The notes below the pieces were generated by a model. It was not told the origin of the DNA, ran no database searches, and saw nothing but the letters and a program-made list of their open reading frames with translations. A DNA stretch of 64,000 bases from Pelomyxa schiedti (Eukaryota > Protista > Evosea), in the NCBI GenBank assembly GCA_020536535.1, contig JAHLWZ010000798.1, forward strand, positions 1 through 64,000, given 5' to 3'. Each line of letters opens with the position of its first letter. Position 1 is the stretch's first letter. Below, piece by piece: positions 39,764 to 54,628 of this stretch. Made by a program: the position numbers and the translations under genes.

Positions 39764-40657
39764 TTATGACTGGCCAGTGAATAGGACTGGGCTCTCTGCT
39801 ATTAGCTCCTCCAAATTCTGCTTGTATTTCTCAAGAAGTTCACTACCACGTAGAGAGGGAACTCAATGGTGAGGTTGTAACTATACATTATGGTATCGGT
39901 AGAGGAAACCACACGTTTTCTTTTTCAGAGTTGCCTTTAGTTCCTCCTCTAACAAGTGCTGTTCTTCCAGGGATATGTCAATGCCTGATAATCCATCCAC
40001 CATCTTCCTCACTCGTTCTATTTCCTCAAAAAAGGCTGCTGCCTTGGGTCAGCACCCCAGGGTTAGTGTCCTTCTCTAATATTTTATCATATCATGCCAC
40101 GATGTAGGTTTTTCCTTCCTTTTTATATACATATATTTTTTTTTTATTTGTTGCACAGGCGCTATTTGTAGGGGTTTCCATGTATATAAGCACGTGGTTG
40201 GGCGCAAACACACCGCTGCTGTTGCAGGTCGGTCCTTCTGATCGCGAACGTGTACTAGCATTTCAGCCACGAGGGGCAGAAGCCTCACCGACTGCGCCAC
40301 GTCGTCCGCGCCGCCCCCGCTCCCGCTCCCGCTGTTGCTGTTGCTGTTGTTGTTGTTGTTTATGCACGGCGTGTTGGTGCTGCCGCCGGTGGCACTAACC
40401 GCGTCGCCCGTGTTGCCGAGGGCACCGCCGCCACCACCACCTGCGGCTGCAGCCGTGGCGCCGCCAAAGGGCGAGGGAGAGGACGAGAATGTGGGGAAAG
40501 ACGAGGAGGAGGAGGCGGCTGCTCCAACCCCGGCGCCCGCGCCGCCCCCGCCTCGCTGCTGCTGCTGTTGCCTGGGGGGAACGACGAGGAGCGGGGGAGG
40601 GGGCCCCTGCCGCGACTGGTGTTGCCTCCCCTGTGCCGCTTGGTGCTCGTTGTACAT
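39764..40657 (-). CDS. MED9: Mediator complex subunit 9-like protein with a long low-complexity N-terminus
   Basis: LLPLVAEML...VRKMVDGLSGIDISLEEQ...ELLEKYK matches the Med9 pattern (LPxI...RxxIxxxPGIxxSxEEQ...ELLxKY). Confidence 0.7.
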
Positions 40658-40720
40658 TGGAAACGCTGAACGAGTCGGTGTTTTTTTTTTTTTTCCTTTT
40701 CGCCTTGCCCCATTTTGGGT

Positions 40721-41120
40721 GATGGAGAACGAGCCTACGTCGCAGCCCCTACCCGTGCAGTCACCCGAGGGTGCTGCGATCAGGAAAAAGAAGTCTGCCT
40801 CGTGTTATCTCGCCCAGGGTCGGATGTGGGAAGCCGTAAAGTGGATTCTCAGGTCAATGGAGGGCGTGTGTGCAGGTTTGCATGTATCCTTTGCAGATGA
40901 TAGATAGCTGAGCACTCGACATTACATGCCCCCAAGCAGAACAATCAATTTTCACTCTTACTGCACTCTTCACGTACTGGTGAAAAAAGGTAATGTCGCA
41001 GGCCGGCAAATCCACGGAGTGTGCGACTTGGTGAGTGCCGTTGAAAGTGCAGAAAAGAGCATGGAGCTGACATGAGATTCCTGTGTTATCCAAGATATCG
41101 TGAAACTTGGTTGCTTTTCA
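40721..41120 (+). CDS. Possible small hypothetical protein divergent from MED9
   Basis: MENEPTSQ...KKKSASCYLAQGRMWEAVKWILRSMEG followed by a GT donor. The 3' end is unresolved. Confidence 0.3.
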
Positions 41121-42272
41121 TATAAGGAAATAGAATTTAGCAGAGCGACCTTGAGCATAGTGTGTTGGAACAGTGAATGTTCCAAAGAGGAAGCCAGTGA
41201 CACCGTCACGAACTGAGAAATCCATTTCTGTGGCAGTGGTATGACTGGGTTTTGTTGACGCAATTAACCCCGATTGACTGGGAAGTGCCCACGCACAGGG
41301 CACACAAAGGGAGGGAGGCGGCTCAGCCAGTTCGTCCCCAGTGTTGTAAACCTTGTAGTGTGTCATACCGAGATAAGGAGCTACGAAAGCGTGGGTCTGG
41401 TCAATCGGAACAACAGCGTGGGCTTTTGGAAAAGTGAGCCTCTTTCGGGTGGCTACGTTGATAAGCGTGAAATCAGAGCTATAATGGTGCAGAGTACCCA
41501 GAGAGCCATCAGCCATCCACATGACACCGCGAACGTCGTTGTTGCTGCACTCAAATTTGGTGAATTCCACCAGTTCGCCCTGTTTGAAAGAGGCCTCCAA
41601 GTCAACAAATATTGCACCACGGTTCAACATAATGATCAGCTCGCTGTCGTTCCTGGGTGAGAATTCGGCGAGCCTCGGCGAAATTACAACGGGGAGCATG
41701 ACAACTCGCGGGCAGACAGAAAGAAGCCCGCCTTTAGCAACTTTCCAAAGCCGCAGTTCTTGCCCGGCAAATCCCACAATCCACTCTCTGTTGCACTTTG
41801 TTGCGGGGTCATACAGCCACACACCAAGGTCAGTTGACCAAAACTCTGGAACAACGACCTTCCCATTGGTGTCGTTTACGGTGTATCCCACACTCCAGGT
41901 GTTGATGTTTGAAGACGCAGCCAAGAGCCTGTCCTGACCCACACAGCCGCATATTTTCCAAGTGTGGGTGAACCAAGAGTGGGTCACAACGCCCATTGTG
42001 GGAGACACACTGACGTACAGAGAAAAATAAGTCGGTGACTCGGGAGAGGGTTCGATCTCGTCCGAGTCCCTTATGGGAAGATCAAAGACTGCGTCCTTGA
42101 CAGATCTTAGCACCCAGTCCTCAGCCCACGCTCTGACCAACGTAGTCGACGACGCCCAATGCACCATTGCCGTCGTTGGTTGTGTTGATGGACTCGTTGT
42201 AGTTCTTCTCGCTACAACGGGGGCACAACAGACGGCCATCAGTTGGCCCTTGGCGGTGGTGATCGTTTTCAT
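41118..42272 (-). CDS. Intronless lineage-specific protein with a short N-terminal helical motif and a predicted beta-rich (propeller-like) body
   Basis: Uninterrupted ORF with AKGQLMAVCC...AEDWVL...SVSPTMGVV...CNREWIV. Resembles a family I recall as expanded in Pelomyxa (inference). Confidence 0.7.
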   Translation of the reverse strand: MKTITTAKGQLMAVCCAPVVARRTTTSPSTQPTTAMVHWASSTTLVRAWAEDWVLRSVKDAVFDLPIRDSDEIEPSPESPTYFSLYVSVSPTMGVVTHSWFTHTWKICGCVGQDRLLAASSNINTWSVGYTVNDTNGKVVVPEFWSTDLGVWLYDPATKCNREWIVGFAGQELRLWKVAKGGLLSVCPRVVMLPVVISPRLAEFSPRNDSELIIMLNRGAIFVDLEASFKQGELVEFTKFECSNNDVRGVMWMADGSLGTLHHYSSDFTLINVATRKRLTFPKAHAVVPIDQTHAFVAPYLGMTHYKVYNTGDELAEPPPSLCVPCAWALPSQSGLIASTKPSHTTATEMDFSVRDGVTGFLFGTFTVPTHYAQGRSAKFYFLI

Positions 42273-42508
42273 TGGTTTCCGGCCGTCAGACTGAACTGAG
42301 GGTCCAATTATGTTATCACAGGGTATTCCATAGTACTTGATTTCTGGAGATGGAACCAATTACAGCCAGGTTGACACCCAAGAGCACTCCTCCTTCCTGT
42401 TGTAGGTATCAGAAAACCAATTGATTCCGGTGTTCATCAGTGATTGTGATTTCCAGATCTAATGGGCCCGAAAACCGTCGACGAGCACCACAAAAAAAAA
42501 AAAAAGAA

Positions 42509-44867
42509 ATGAGCGGGAGTGGCACGAAATCCCCTCTTGATGACCTGTGTGACATATACGCGTGCAACTTGCGAGTGTTTTTGGGCAACGTAACTACTCT
42601 TTGTTTTCTTTTTTTGTTGTTGGTGTGTCGTGCACATCTCGAATCAAAAAACCCTTTGATTCACTCACTTGTTGGTAGGATAATGCATTGAAGGTGAATG
42701 AAATTTTGAAGTGCGTTTCGGCTTCTACACCTACCACTGTTTGTATTTTCCACCCTTTTAGCATTAACTTCAAAATTGCTGCGTGGTGAGGTGCAATCTG
42801 ACTTACTACCAACTGCAGTGTTGGTGGAAACTTGTTTTGGCTGCTTTTGATTGGTTGGATGATGTTTGCACTCAGTGCACTGAGGTGCTGGAATCCTTGC
42901 AGGGGGTTCGTCCCAGGGAGGAAATGAGCACAATTTTGGAGTCACTGCAAAAGGTATTGTCGAGTTCATTTCGTATCTAACGTTAGCTACCCTGCCACAG
43001 GACTGCAAACCGACATTGTTCAATGACATGGCGCACAGGGATGGCAACAATGGAGAGGAAGCCAATGACGCCTTTGGGAAACTGTTGCAGAGACTTAGAA
43101 TAGGTTCTCGTGTAAATGTAACGGGTGATGGTGTGTGATCATGTAACTGCACCCTTTTTTTCTAAATTCCTAAAGGAAATTGCCTTTTTCGTGCTGCACT
43201 GAAGAGTACATTTCCAAGCTTTCAACCTGAAGAGCTTGAGGTGTGTCCTATGTTCCTGTTCTTTGCCCCCTACTTATGGGTTTTCTTTCGAAAGCTGCAC
43301 TTTTGTTTGGCCTTGCGGGAACAACTCAATTCCAAGTCACTTGGTAGCCAATCTGTTTTCTTCCCAAATTGGTTACTTCCACGCAGCACCCGACTTGGAA
43401 GTGTTTGCTACTACAGGGGACACTGATTCAGTAACAATGTCCCGTTCTGGTGTTTGGGCGGATTCTGTGCAGTGCATGAAGTTGGCAATATTTCTCGGTG
43501 TTGTATTTCCCTGTTTTGATGTTGGCCCTGACTTCCAACTCCAGAGCGTCCTGTTCACATTTTACGTTGTGATGATCGTGAGACACAGTTCGATGGTCGT
43601 AGGTTGCATGTAGGCAAGTGGTGCAAGTTTGGAGACTACCCTTGCGAACCCATTTTTTTGTATTACATTCCAACACCAGTATGGCCTTTTTGTAGAAATA
43701 CAGGACTTATTGGTTTCCTAATGTTTTGCAGGGACACTTTGATGGAATTGCCCCATTTAATTATGTACCATCCACCAAAGAACAAAATATTCAAGAAGAA
43801 TTAGCCTCTTTAGAAGCAAAAATAAGCACCTTCTCTGCAACGGAAGTCCATCAAGTCCTATTTCCATCTCTCATCCCATTTTTCCTAAAAAAACTTAAAT
43901 AGAGTTGTGAGACATTCTGTTCTGTCTATGCTAAGTTGGTAGATGTACAATTACTTTTTCCAGCTGTTCTTTCCGAGACAGACCAAGATGTCCGAATGGT
44001 TATGGCCCATGAAGTCAATAATATGGTCCTACCCTTACAATTAACTCGTAACTTAAAACTTAAGAAAATCAGGGTACATTTGCTTTAAATTCGCTAGCAA
44101 AAATGAAAAATATCATTTCCAATGTTGGTGGTGACACAATCAAACGTTTGTGCCACAAAGTACTTCCACTTCACTACATGATACTGAGTGAGATTATTAG
44201 TGACGCCATTGCCTTCGAAGGTACTCTCAATACCAGGAAAAATTCACACATTATCCTTCCACTCACAACAGGTGAAACTCTCCTGATGCAAGGAGATGGG
44301 ATTGTCTCCACCATTTACATGCACGTACAGTCATCACTGGAATCCATAAAACCCGGGAGCACAGCACTGACTTACCAGCAACCAACCGCCTCGATGCCCA
44401 CACCGCCCTACACCGGACCATCGGCCATCCACAACGCATTCTCACCCTCCTACAGACCCCCAGCCATCCCCGACGGAAAACCAACCGAACCACTCTATTC
44501 TCCCCCAACCAGCAACACAACTTCCATCGCCGGCAGCAACACATGGGAGGGTTCAATGTTCTCTACTACTACTACTACTCCTCCCGCCGGAACATATGTA
44601 GCGGAGCCAACGGTGGAATCACTGCTCATTTCCGCTCCCACAACGAGTGCAGCAGACTGGCAAGCCGTCAGTTCATGCACTATGCTGCAATTCCATCAAG
44701 TGACAGTTTCCATGCAGGGAGCGGCTTCTCTTGTCAGCGCAGCAATCCATGGATGCCTCAAAAACAGGCTGCGCAACCTGGAATTCTACAACTGTGTGAT
44801 CCCAAATGATGTGAGGTACATCCTCGGTGAGCTGCGCGTGTGTGGAGTAGAATTTGGGGAATACTGA
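42509..44867 (+). CDS. Second OTU-like cysteine protease with N- and C-terminal extensions
   Basis: Splicing intron 43131-43175 gives VTGDGNCLFRAAL. Also GVWADSVQCMKLAIFL and GHFDG at about 43731-43745 (catalytic His). None of this is visible in the ORF track. Confidence 0.7.
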
Positions 44868-45080
44868 GCCCCCGATTTCTGAGGCTTGATAGAAATAAGA
44901 GATCTTTTTCTATACGCTTAGGTTGTGATGCAAAAAGGGCAGTTGCTCTCCCAAATTTTTTCTTCTTTCGTCGGAATCTAGGACATCAACGCATAATTAA
45001 ATAAAAGACCACATCTCGGCCGAGAGCACTTCGCTCGGGTTTTTTCCCCCGTCAGTCCACACACGACCGCACATTGAAAA

Positions 45081-45573
45081 ATGGAGAACGAAGAAGGACA
45101 GAAAGTCGATCTTTACATCCCACGAAAGTGGTGCGTTTTGCATTTCGCCCACGCCATGTTGCCATTTTTTTTTAAAACACTTTATTCGGAGTTTTTTGCG
45201 TTTTGTTCTGCGTTGTTTTTCTTTCACAAAATAACACATCACGTGCAGCTCCGTCACTCACAGAATCATAACCGCTAAAGATCACGGTTCGGTTCAAATC
45301 AATGTTCCCAAAGTAAACAAAAAGGGAGTCATCGTCCCCGGTATGCCTCCTTCCCCTACTAGCCATTATTTTACAAGCCAATGGCAATAAAAACAACCAA
45401 CAAACAAACCTCATGGCAAATCCACCAAACTGACAAACAAACAAGGCAAATACACCACCTTCGCCGTTTCCGGAGGAGTCAGAACAGGAGGAGCCTCTGA
45501 CCACTCCATCAACGTCATTTGCACCAAGAAAGGGTTCCTTAAACACGTGCTCCCCAAGAACATGGTTCTCTAA
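45081..45573 (+). CDS. RPS21: 40S ribosomal protein S21
   Basis: MENEEGQKVDLYIPRK|CSVTHRIITAKDHGSVQINV...TFAVSGGVRTGGASDHSIN, with two introns. Confidence 0.97.
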
Positions 45574-45758
45574 AAAGAGCCTTTTTTGCCTGTTCCACTA
45601 GCACCCAATCTTTTTTTCAAATACAAAGGACACCCGAGTTTGGTCCCACTTCCTCTTTTTTTTCTTTCTTCTCATCACTCGTAACATCGAGTTGAAAAGT
45701 ATCTTATCGGAAATAATCAAAATACAATATCTCTCAAAGATCTAGGGGTGTGGTGTGG

Positions 45759-46724
45759 ATGCGATCTACGAGTCCGGTCTTTCGTGCGGATCCCTCGCGG
45801 TGGTCGACTGCACAATCTCCACCGCCTACAGTTTCTGGTTAGTGCCCTCTCACCGTTAAGATGTTGTTTACAATTTACATTTTGTGTGGATGATAACTCC
45901 TTTTGAAGACGAACCCCAAGGACTTGACAAAAACTGTTCTTTTGATTGTGATGTGACATCGCCAAATTCTGTTATATGTGGGCATGGCACGATTTTGTGC
46001 ACAAAGGGCTACAGCGAAGTACTTTTTTCCTTACGTTGAGTATAGAATAGATTTTTATAGTTCGACCTTCTTATTAACTTATTTAATTGTTAACAGGGAA
46101 AGCACTACTGGGAATTTACAGCAAATCAATGTGGCTGGTATGCGTTCTGTGGTGTGGCAACTCGAGGTTTGATTCCTCAAACACAAACAAAAAGGCACAT
46201 ATGCCAATCACTGCTACCCCATTTCGTTACAGTGACCCTTTACAAGACCCTGGAGACGATGCAGAGGTTGACATCCCGGAATTTGCTCCTCTCCGTGTGG
46301 TGAGCTGACAGCAACAATCAAAAAAAAGGTACTTCGCGGCTACCCTCTGTCGGGTATGGAGGCAGGATACGCTATTTGTGGGTGGACTTCGCCAGGGACG
46401 TCCCCAGCTTTCCATGCGGGAATAGAGACTCAAACCAAGCTTCCTTTCTTTGTACCTGGTGACAGTGTTGGACTTCTTCTGGATTGTGATGAAGGGTCTC
46501 TGGTGTATTTCTTGAACAGGAAGAAGATTGGTTTGTGCAACCACGATTCCTCCATACTAACAACCAAAGGTTCTGTTTTCGATGGAATGCTGCACAGTAG
46601 AACTCTGTACCCTGCTTTTGGTGGGGGTTCCCTTACAACTGGTACAAGAACACCCACCCTTCTTCTTCTTATTTTTGTAGAATTCACAAACATAACCTGG
46701 GATTTACCCCTCCCGTCCTCATGA
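45759..46724 (+). CDS. SPRY/B30.2 domain protein; start uncertain
   Basis: FVPGDSVGLLLDCDEGSLVYFLNRKKIG...TLYPAFG is the SPRY C-terminal signature. Confidence 0.7.
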
Positions 46725-46815
46725 AGGTTGCCCTCCCAAATTCCAAGCAAACAAGCAATAAATTTTTGGTGTTGTAAAGACAATGAAGATGTATTTCGTG
46801 TTTTTACTGTAAACA

Positions 46816-49612
46816 CTATGGGTTGTGGAATAATACTTTCTCTGGGCTCCATACAGCAGAGCTGCCCCTTTTTCGTATCTTATCACCAGGGAACAACGCT
46901 AAAACACATTTTCAGGTTAGTAACTATTGTACAACGAGATGGAAGGAGTCACACCATGAATGTCACAGTTTTCTTCCATCTTAAAGATTTCATCTGGGTC
47001 ACGTGCAGCTTGTCTGGTTAATGCTCTGGTGAGGGACTTACGTAGTGCCCATGGAGGGAGTGGCTTTGGGCACAAGTGGTCCAGGGGCCCCTTATCACTG
47101 TCACTATCGGAAGAATTAAAGTCCTCACTGCTGTGTGTGGGGTCAGAGAGTTCTGCTGTTGCTTTGGGGGTGTAAATTCACCTGTATTCAGATTCTGGGG
47201 TGGGTGGAGCCGTTTTCACTTTCGGGGGTTCTGATTGTGGTCAACGTACTAGGAGGGAAAGAAAGGAAGTACACACGCTTTGCTTTTGGTGTGACCTGTT
47301 GTTTGGGTGCCACAGCTTTAGGTCTGGGTGTGGATGGGGGAGGCATTTGCAGTGCCGAGTCTTTTCTGGGAGACTATTTGTTGTGTTGGAAAAAATGTGA
47401 CTTGTAAAAGGTAAAAATTGTGGAAGATACTTCAGGAGGTTTTTGCGATACAGGTGCCAAGGCTGAAGCTGTTGGTATTACAGCTGTATTTTGAGTGCCA
47501 GATGGGGCTGCTGATACTTGGGCAACTGGTTGCTGGTTTTCCACTGGGGGTGAAATTCCCTTTTGTAGTGCAGTGGCTGGAGTTCTTGATGTCTGTGGAA
47601 TTTGCGAATGCACTGTGAGATTCTCTGTGACTGGAGGAGGTGAAACAACTTGGTGAGTAACAGGAGGAATGTCTTTTGAAGGCGCAGGTTTGATTGGTAG
47701 AAGTTCACTGAGACCTTGCACTTGGGATATTGGTGGTTGTGACCGCACTTTCTCGGCTGCGTTCTGCGGTGCACTTTCAGTAGGGTTTCGCTGCAAGGAT
47801 GACAGCTGTATCTCAGGTTGGTTTTTATATTGTTGGACAAGTAGTGGTTGCTGTGGATGCAATTGTTTCTGCTGTTGCCTATGTTGTGGTGGGGGTAGCT
47901 GTTGCGGTTGTGCTTGCGGTTGTGGTTGTGTCTGAACTTGTACTTCTACTTGTTGGGGTTGCTGTTGTGATCGTGGTTGCTGTTGCGATTGCAGGTGCGG
48001 TAGCGGTTGTGACTGCTGCTGTTGCAACTGAGGTTGCAGCTGTGGTTGCGCCTGTGCTGGTAGTTTTGGTTGGGGTAGAACCTGCAGCTGTGCTGGTGGT
48101 TGGGATTGTGCCTGGGGTTGAAGCTGAGGCTGAGACTGAGACTGAGATTGAAGTTGTGGATGTGGTTGGGGTATTGCTTGCAATTGTTGAAATGGTAGGA
48201 CAGCTTCGGTCTGCAATGGTGGCGGCTGGAAATGTGGTTGCAATTGCATTTTCAATTGAACTTCAGGCTGTTTCGTGATTGAATTGGTGGGTGGAGACAA
48301 CAATGGCCGTTGAAGTTGTTGTAGAGTGTTCGCCGGTTTTCCTTGGCAAATTGGTTCAATGAAAGAGCAATATCTTATACATAGATACCAGTTTTGCCAC
48401 ATATAGCAAGATGCTCTAAAAAATGTGGGTCATCTACTTCCTCAAACTGTGCACCACACAGGCCACACTGTGGAAAGGTTTTTGCACAACGAAAACTTTT
48501 TCTCCTTTGTGGTGGTGCAGGCTTGGGTGTAAGTATTAGTATGAAAAATAGTGAGTAACGGTGAAGGATTCACACCTCTACATCCAATTTTGTGGGCTGG
48601 AGAAATGTTATTGTAAGGTTTGCCATGAGATATATGAAAACTCACGTGTTTTGCGTCGTTTACACTGATTGCTGCCCTCTTTGGGGAGGGTGAAGCCACT
48701 TCTATTGCATTACCTGCCAGTCTCTTTCTTGGTGTCTTTGCCTCTGCATTGAGAACATGATCACTTCTAGGTGGGAAGATGCCACATTCCCTGATAAGAA
48801 TGTTATAAGCTGGATGTAGGTCTGGAACACCAACCTTACAGCACTGTGCTTTAGGACCTGTGGGTGTACTTGAAGTCTTCGAAGAGAAGCAAATTCGCCC
48901 AAAGATGAATAATCTATGTTGACTGGATTTATAGGGTACGTTTCCCAAGTCTCACATTCGTTTCTAAAAAGAAATACAAACAAAAAGTTAAAGTTAGGAA
49001 AAGTTTTTCAGAATAATACACCAAAAAAAAAAAAAAAGAAAAAAGAACTCCGCAATGGAGAGAGCTAGAACAATATTGGCAGAGCACACACATTCCAAAG
49101 AAATTAGCCATCCTGAGAACATTTGGCAGGAATCCCTCCAGCCACTGCGTGTTCTGCTTATCCAGCACCCCCAGCCTCCCGTCGCACGACTCGGTCACAG
49201 CCCACAGCCTCTCCACAGCCTCCCCCACCGCGTCCACCACAGGCACCGCCTCCTTGGCCCCCTCCGCCCCCGCCCCCTTCCCGCTCGCCCCACCAACGCC
49301 CCCCGCCGCCGCCGAGGGCGTGGCGCTGACCCGTGCTCTTATTGGTGTGGCTGGCTCGTCTTCCCCGTTGTTGTTCCTGCTGGCGGCGGCGGCGGCGGAC
49401 TCGCGGACCTCGAGCTTGCGGGCAGACTTGCGCCGCGGCGTGGGGGTGGAGGTCGACGTGGGCTTGTGGTGCCGCGAGGGCGGGGAGCGCACCACGGCGG
49501 CGCCCCCACGCCTGGCCTCGGGCTTTCCGCGTATTGGTGTGGTGAGTTGCGGTTGCTGGAGTCGCCGGTTGCTCGCCAGGGCGGCTGCCGTGTTACCCTT
49601 TCTCGCGTCCAT
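46816..49612 (-). CDS. INCENP: Inner centromere protein (chromosomal passenger complex scaffold)
   Basis: C-terminal IN-box PLPPWA...QAARDPDEIF...KRGSSAVWSP. N-terminal helix VERLWAV...QWLEGFL. Several CDK-like TP/SP sites and a Q/P-rich middle. Confidence 0.8.
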
Positions 49613-49888
49613 TCTGTTCTCCAGGAAAATAAAGAAATATTTTTGTTTTTTTTCCTTGGCTGCAAAGCAAATGAAACCCATAATCTCGAATTGACCAAAT
49701 TACACAAAGGTGAAAAGAAGAGAAACCCGAAGAATTCTGGCGATACTGGTTCAGCTTTGGCCCAGCAGAACCCAATCCCCAACCCAAGCACGCCCGGCGA
49801 CCTACGTTACGTACGTCCAAGGGTCTGCTGCGGTTTTTTGTTTTTGGTTGTGGTGAGTCTTTTAAGAAACTCCAGGTTTCTTTTGTTC

Positions 49889-51700
<1,812 letters not shown>

Positions 51701-52244
51701 CCTTTGACTAGTCACACTTTCACTTCGATATTTCTACGAACTGGAAATACATTATCGAATCCACAGCCCTCTGAACAGTACTGAATGGGGTTGGTGTGCA
51801 CACAGTAGACCGGAACACTCTTTCTAGCTGTCCTTAAACAAGCACTTGATTGACTACAGGAGAAACAAAAAAAAGTGTCCAAAAGAGTTGTTAGTTGCAA
51901 CGATATGATATCGAAACGCTTTCAGGCTGTAAACGTGCAGGCCTATCAGAATACAACGTAAGTGAAATATGTTTTTAAGGTGACGCAACCTGTAAACAAT
52001 TGTTTTGTTGCTGGCAAGACCTCCCGGTTATTTTATTTCAAAGCAACTTGAAATGGCGGTTCCATAATTTGTGCAAATTAACAGAAAAGAGATTTTTTTT
52101 TTTGTAGTACGAGAGTGGGGCTGACCACACGAGGCGGCAGTGCAGTGCCTGGGCAATCAGGAGGGCACCCAACTTGGCGGCGGAGCAAGCCCCACCACCA
52201 AACAGGCACCCCCAGCGACCCCACGAAAAATAAGTTTAATATCG

Positions 52245-54628
52245 ATGCTACCCAATGGGCAGCTTTCAGATATTAAGCTGAAAAGAACAGATACTACACT
52301 TGATCTTAGCCAAAAGGCCGAGAAGGTATGAGTTCTTCGTCTTTCCTCTCACCGTTAATAAACCCCCCAATTTCTCGATGAATTGTGGGAACATTCACTC
52401 TTCTACTAACGGATCAGAATCTTTCACTTAGGCGAAAAGATTGATGAACAACTTCCCCTCGGTGCCATCCGAAGACCCTCTGTACCCTGCCAACGACGAA
52501 GAGCCGAGATATCCCAGGCAACAACCTCGTATTGAGGCTCTGAGTGCTGCGTGTATTAATAATGGCCTCGAATCCCCGGATTGTTCTCTGGAGCTGCATC
52601 AGTCCCATACCGAGAATGACAATGACACTCACACGCACACCCCCAACGAGCAGAATCACCATCACAACACGACCCATAATCGCGGGCACGGGCAGGCGTG
52701 GTGGCGAGTGGCGTGCTGGACGTCGTGGATGGTGCCGTGCTCGGCCATTTTCAACGGCGTCGAGGGCGTGGTGTTGCCGGCTGAGCTGAGGAGACTGAGG
52801 CCTCTGAGGTCATCACTGTACATGGGTGGGTAGGGCGCCCCCTTTTCCCCTCTTTTTCTTCGCTTCTATAGTTCTATCTACCCTTGGGAAGTTCTCTGTT
52901 CTTGTTTTGATTGATTGAATAGAACTGCTATGTCACTAATTTCTTGGGTGTGGGCAAAGGTGTTATTTCTGGAATTGGATGTTTTGCCCAAATTGCAGGA
53001 TTGGCTGCTGGATTCGCGAGTGATCGACATACGAGCAAATGGGGTATATTACCTCTCCTTCTTTCTTCTCTTTGTTTGACCAAAGTAAAAACAAAATAGG
53101 AAAACGAACACCTTATGTGGGGTTAGCTTGTGCGTTAGTGGTAATAGGCTGCCTGGCTATGTACATTGCGCACTACCTCAACTCTGTTTTGTTAATTTCC
53201 TCTGGTTGGTGATATCATTAAGTTTCCTTTTCTAAATGTGTGCAAAGGGTTTCTTCTTCAAGTCAGTGGGCTTTCCAGTACACGCATATACATATATAAA
53301 CAACACTTAATCCAGTATAGTAGGGGAAATCTCGGTGCATACCCTGGTTCCAGATTTACTTCCGACTTCACAGCACGGAATGAGTTCCGGATTACTAGGC
53401 ACTCACTCCATAATTGGAACTGCAGTAGGTGACTACCTTTTAAGAAAACTGCCTACTCGACATTTCTTCTAAAAAAAAAAAGGTTATGTTGCTTTTATCA
53501 CAGGGATAGGAGTGGCTTCTGTGAATTGGCTTTATATTGGCGGTGTTCTCATATTTACGGCTTTGACTGTACTTTGTGCACAAGAGAGAAAATATACATT
53601 ACATGTTGTAGAAGTAACCCATCTCCTTTTGAATTGCTTGGCTTATTTCCCCAGAAAGCTGCACATATAAAACCTACAACCAGCGCCTTGCATTTCTTTG
53701 TTGAAAGTGCAAAGAGTAGCTGGTGTGCCTTCTTTTTTATTGATAGCAATCGTAACATTAATAACAGGGCCCTTATAACGCAACACAAGAACTTTGCTTA
53801 CTTACTTTGTATGCGGTTTTTTTTTTACTGCCATGTGGCTTTTCTGTCGTATTTGCAGTATTGGCTGGCAGATGTTATACATACCTCAGACCCTGAGAGT
53901 GTAAAAGAACATATGCCGTTTCATCTTTCATCAATAACCACTGGTAGGCAATGGGGAAAGTAGGCCTCATTTTGCTATGCGGTGCACTTGTAACCGCTCT
54001 TCCTGCGGGGAAATTGAGTGACTACACTGGTCGAAGACCACTTCTTGGTTTTTCCATTTTCACCATGATTTTTTGCCTGTTGGCTCTCATTTTCGTGAGT
54101 ACTGAATTTTATGCATACGCAATAGGTTTTGCTGTTCAACTTTTGTCAAAAATGACTCCAAACAGCATTTATCTATGGCATTTCTAGTGGTATTTATTAT
54201 ACCCTGGAGGATGCTGTTGCTTTCGACTTTCTCCCCAACAAAGAAAACAGTGGAAAATTCATGGTTTTCCCTCCCTCTCTTGTTGTAAATGACCACCCTC
54301 CCAGAGTGAATTTGGTATTTCCAGCATAGTAGGTGAACTTTCCGGACTTGTATTTAACGGTGCAATCCTCTACTTCTCTTTTTGTTATCAAACTCCCACA
54401 AACACCAGGTATCTTGTTGGATTTCTTCCCATCTGCTGTTGGGGAGTATTCCCTTCGTGGTTATCAAGTAACTTTACAACAAACCAACGCATGAAAACTT
54501 ACCCCCAAACCCAGACCCTCTTTGGCGCAGCCGGCCTATTTTTAGTTTTAACACTCGCGTTCATTTGTGCAATGAGAGAACGACCTTTAGACTCCTCTGC
54601 AACCACAACCACACCCTCTGAGGCCTAA
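52245..54628 (+). CDS. Major facilitator superfamily transporter; start at 52245 or 52444
   Basis: MFS motif A occurs twice (AGFASDRHTSKWGKRTPY; AGKLSDYTGRRP), with many TM helices. Confidence 0.85.
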
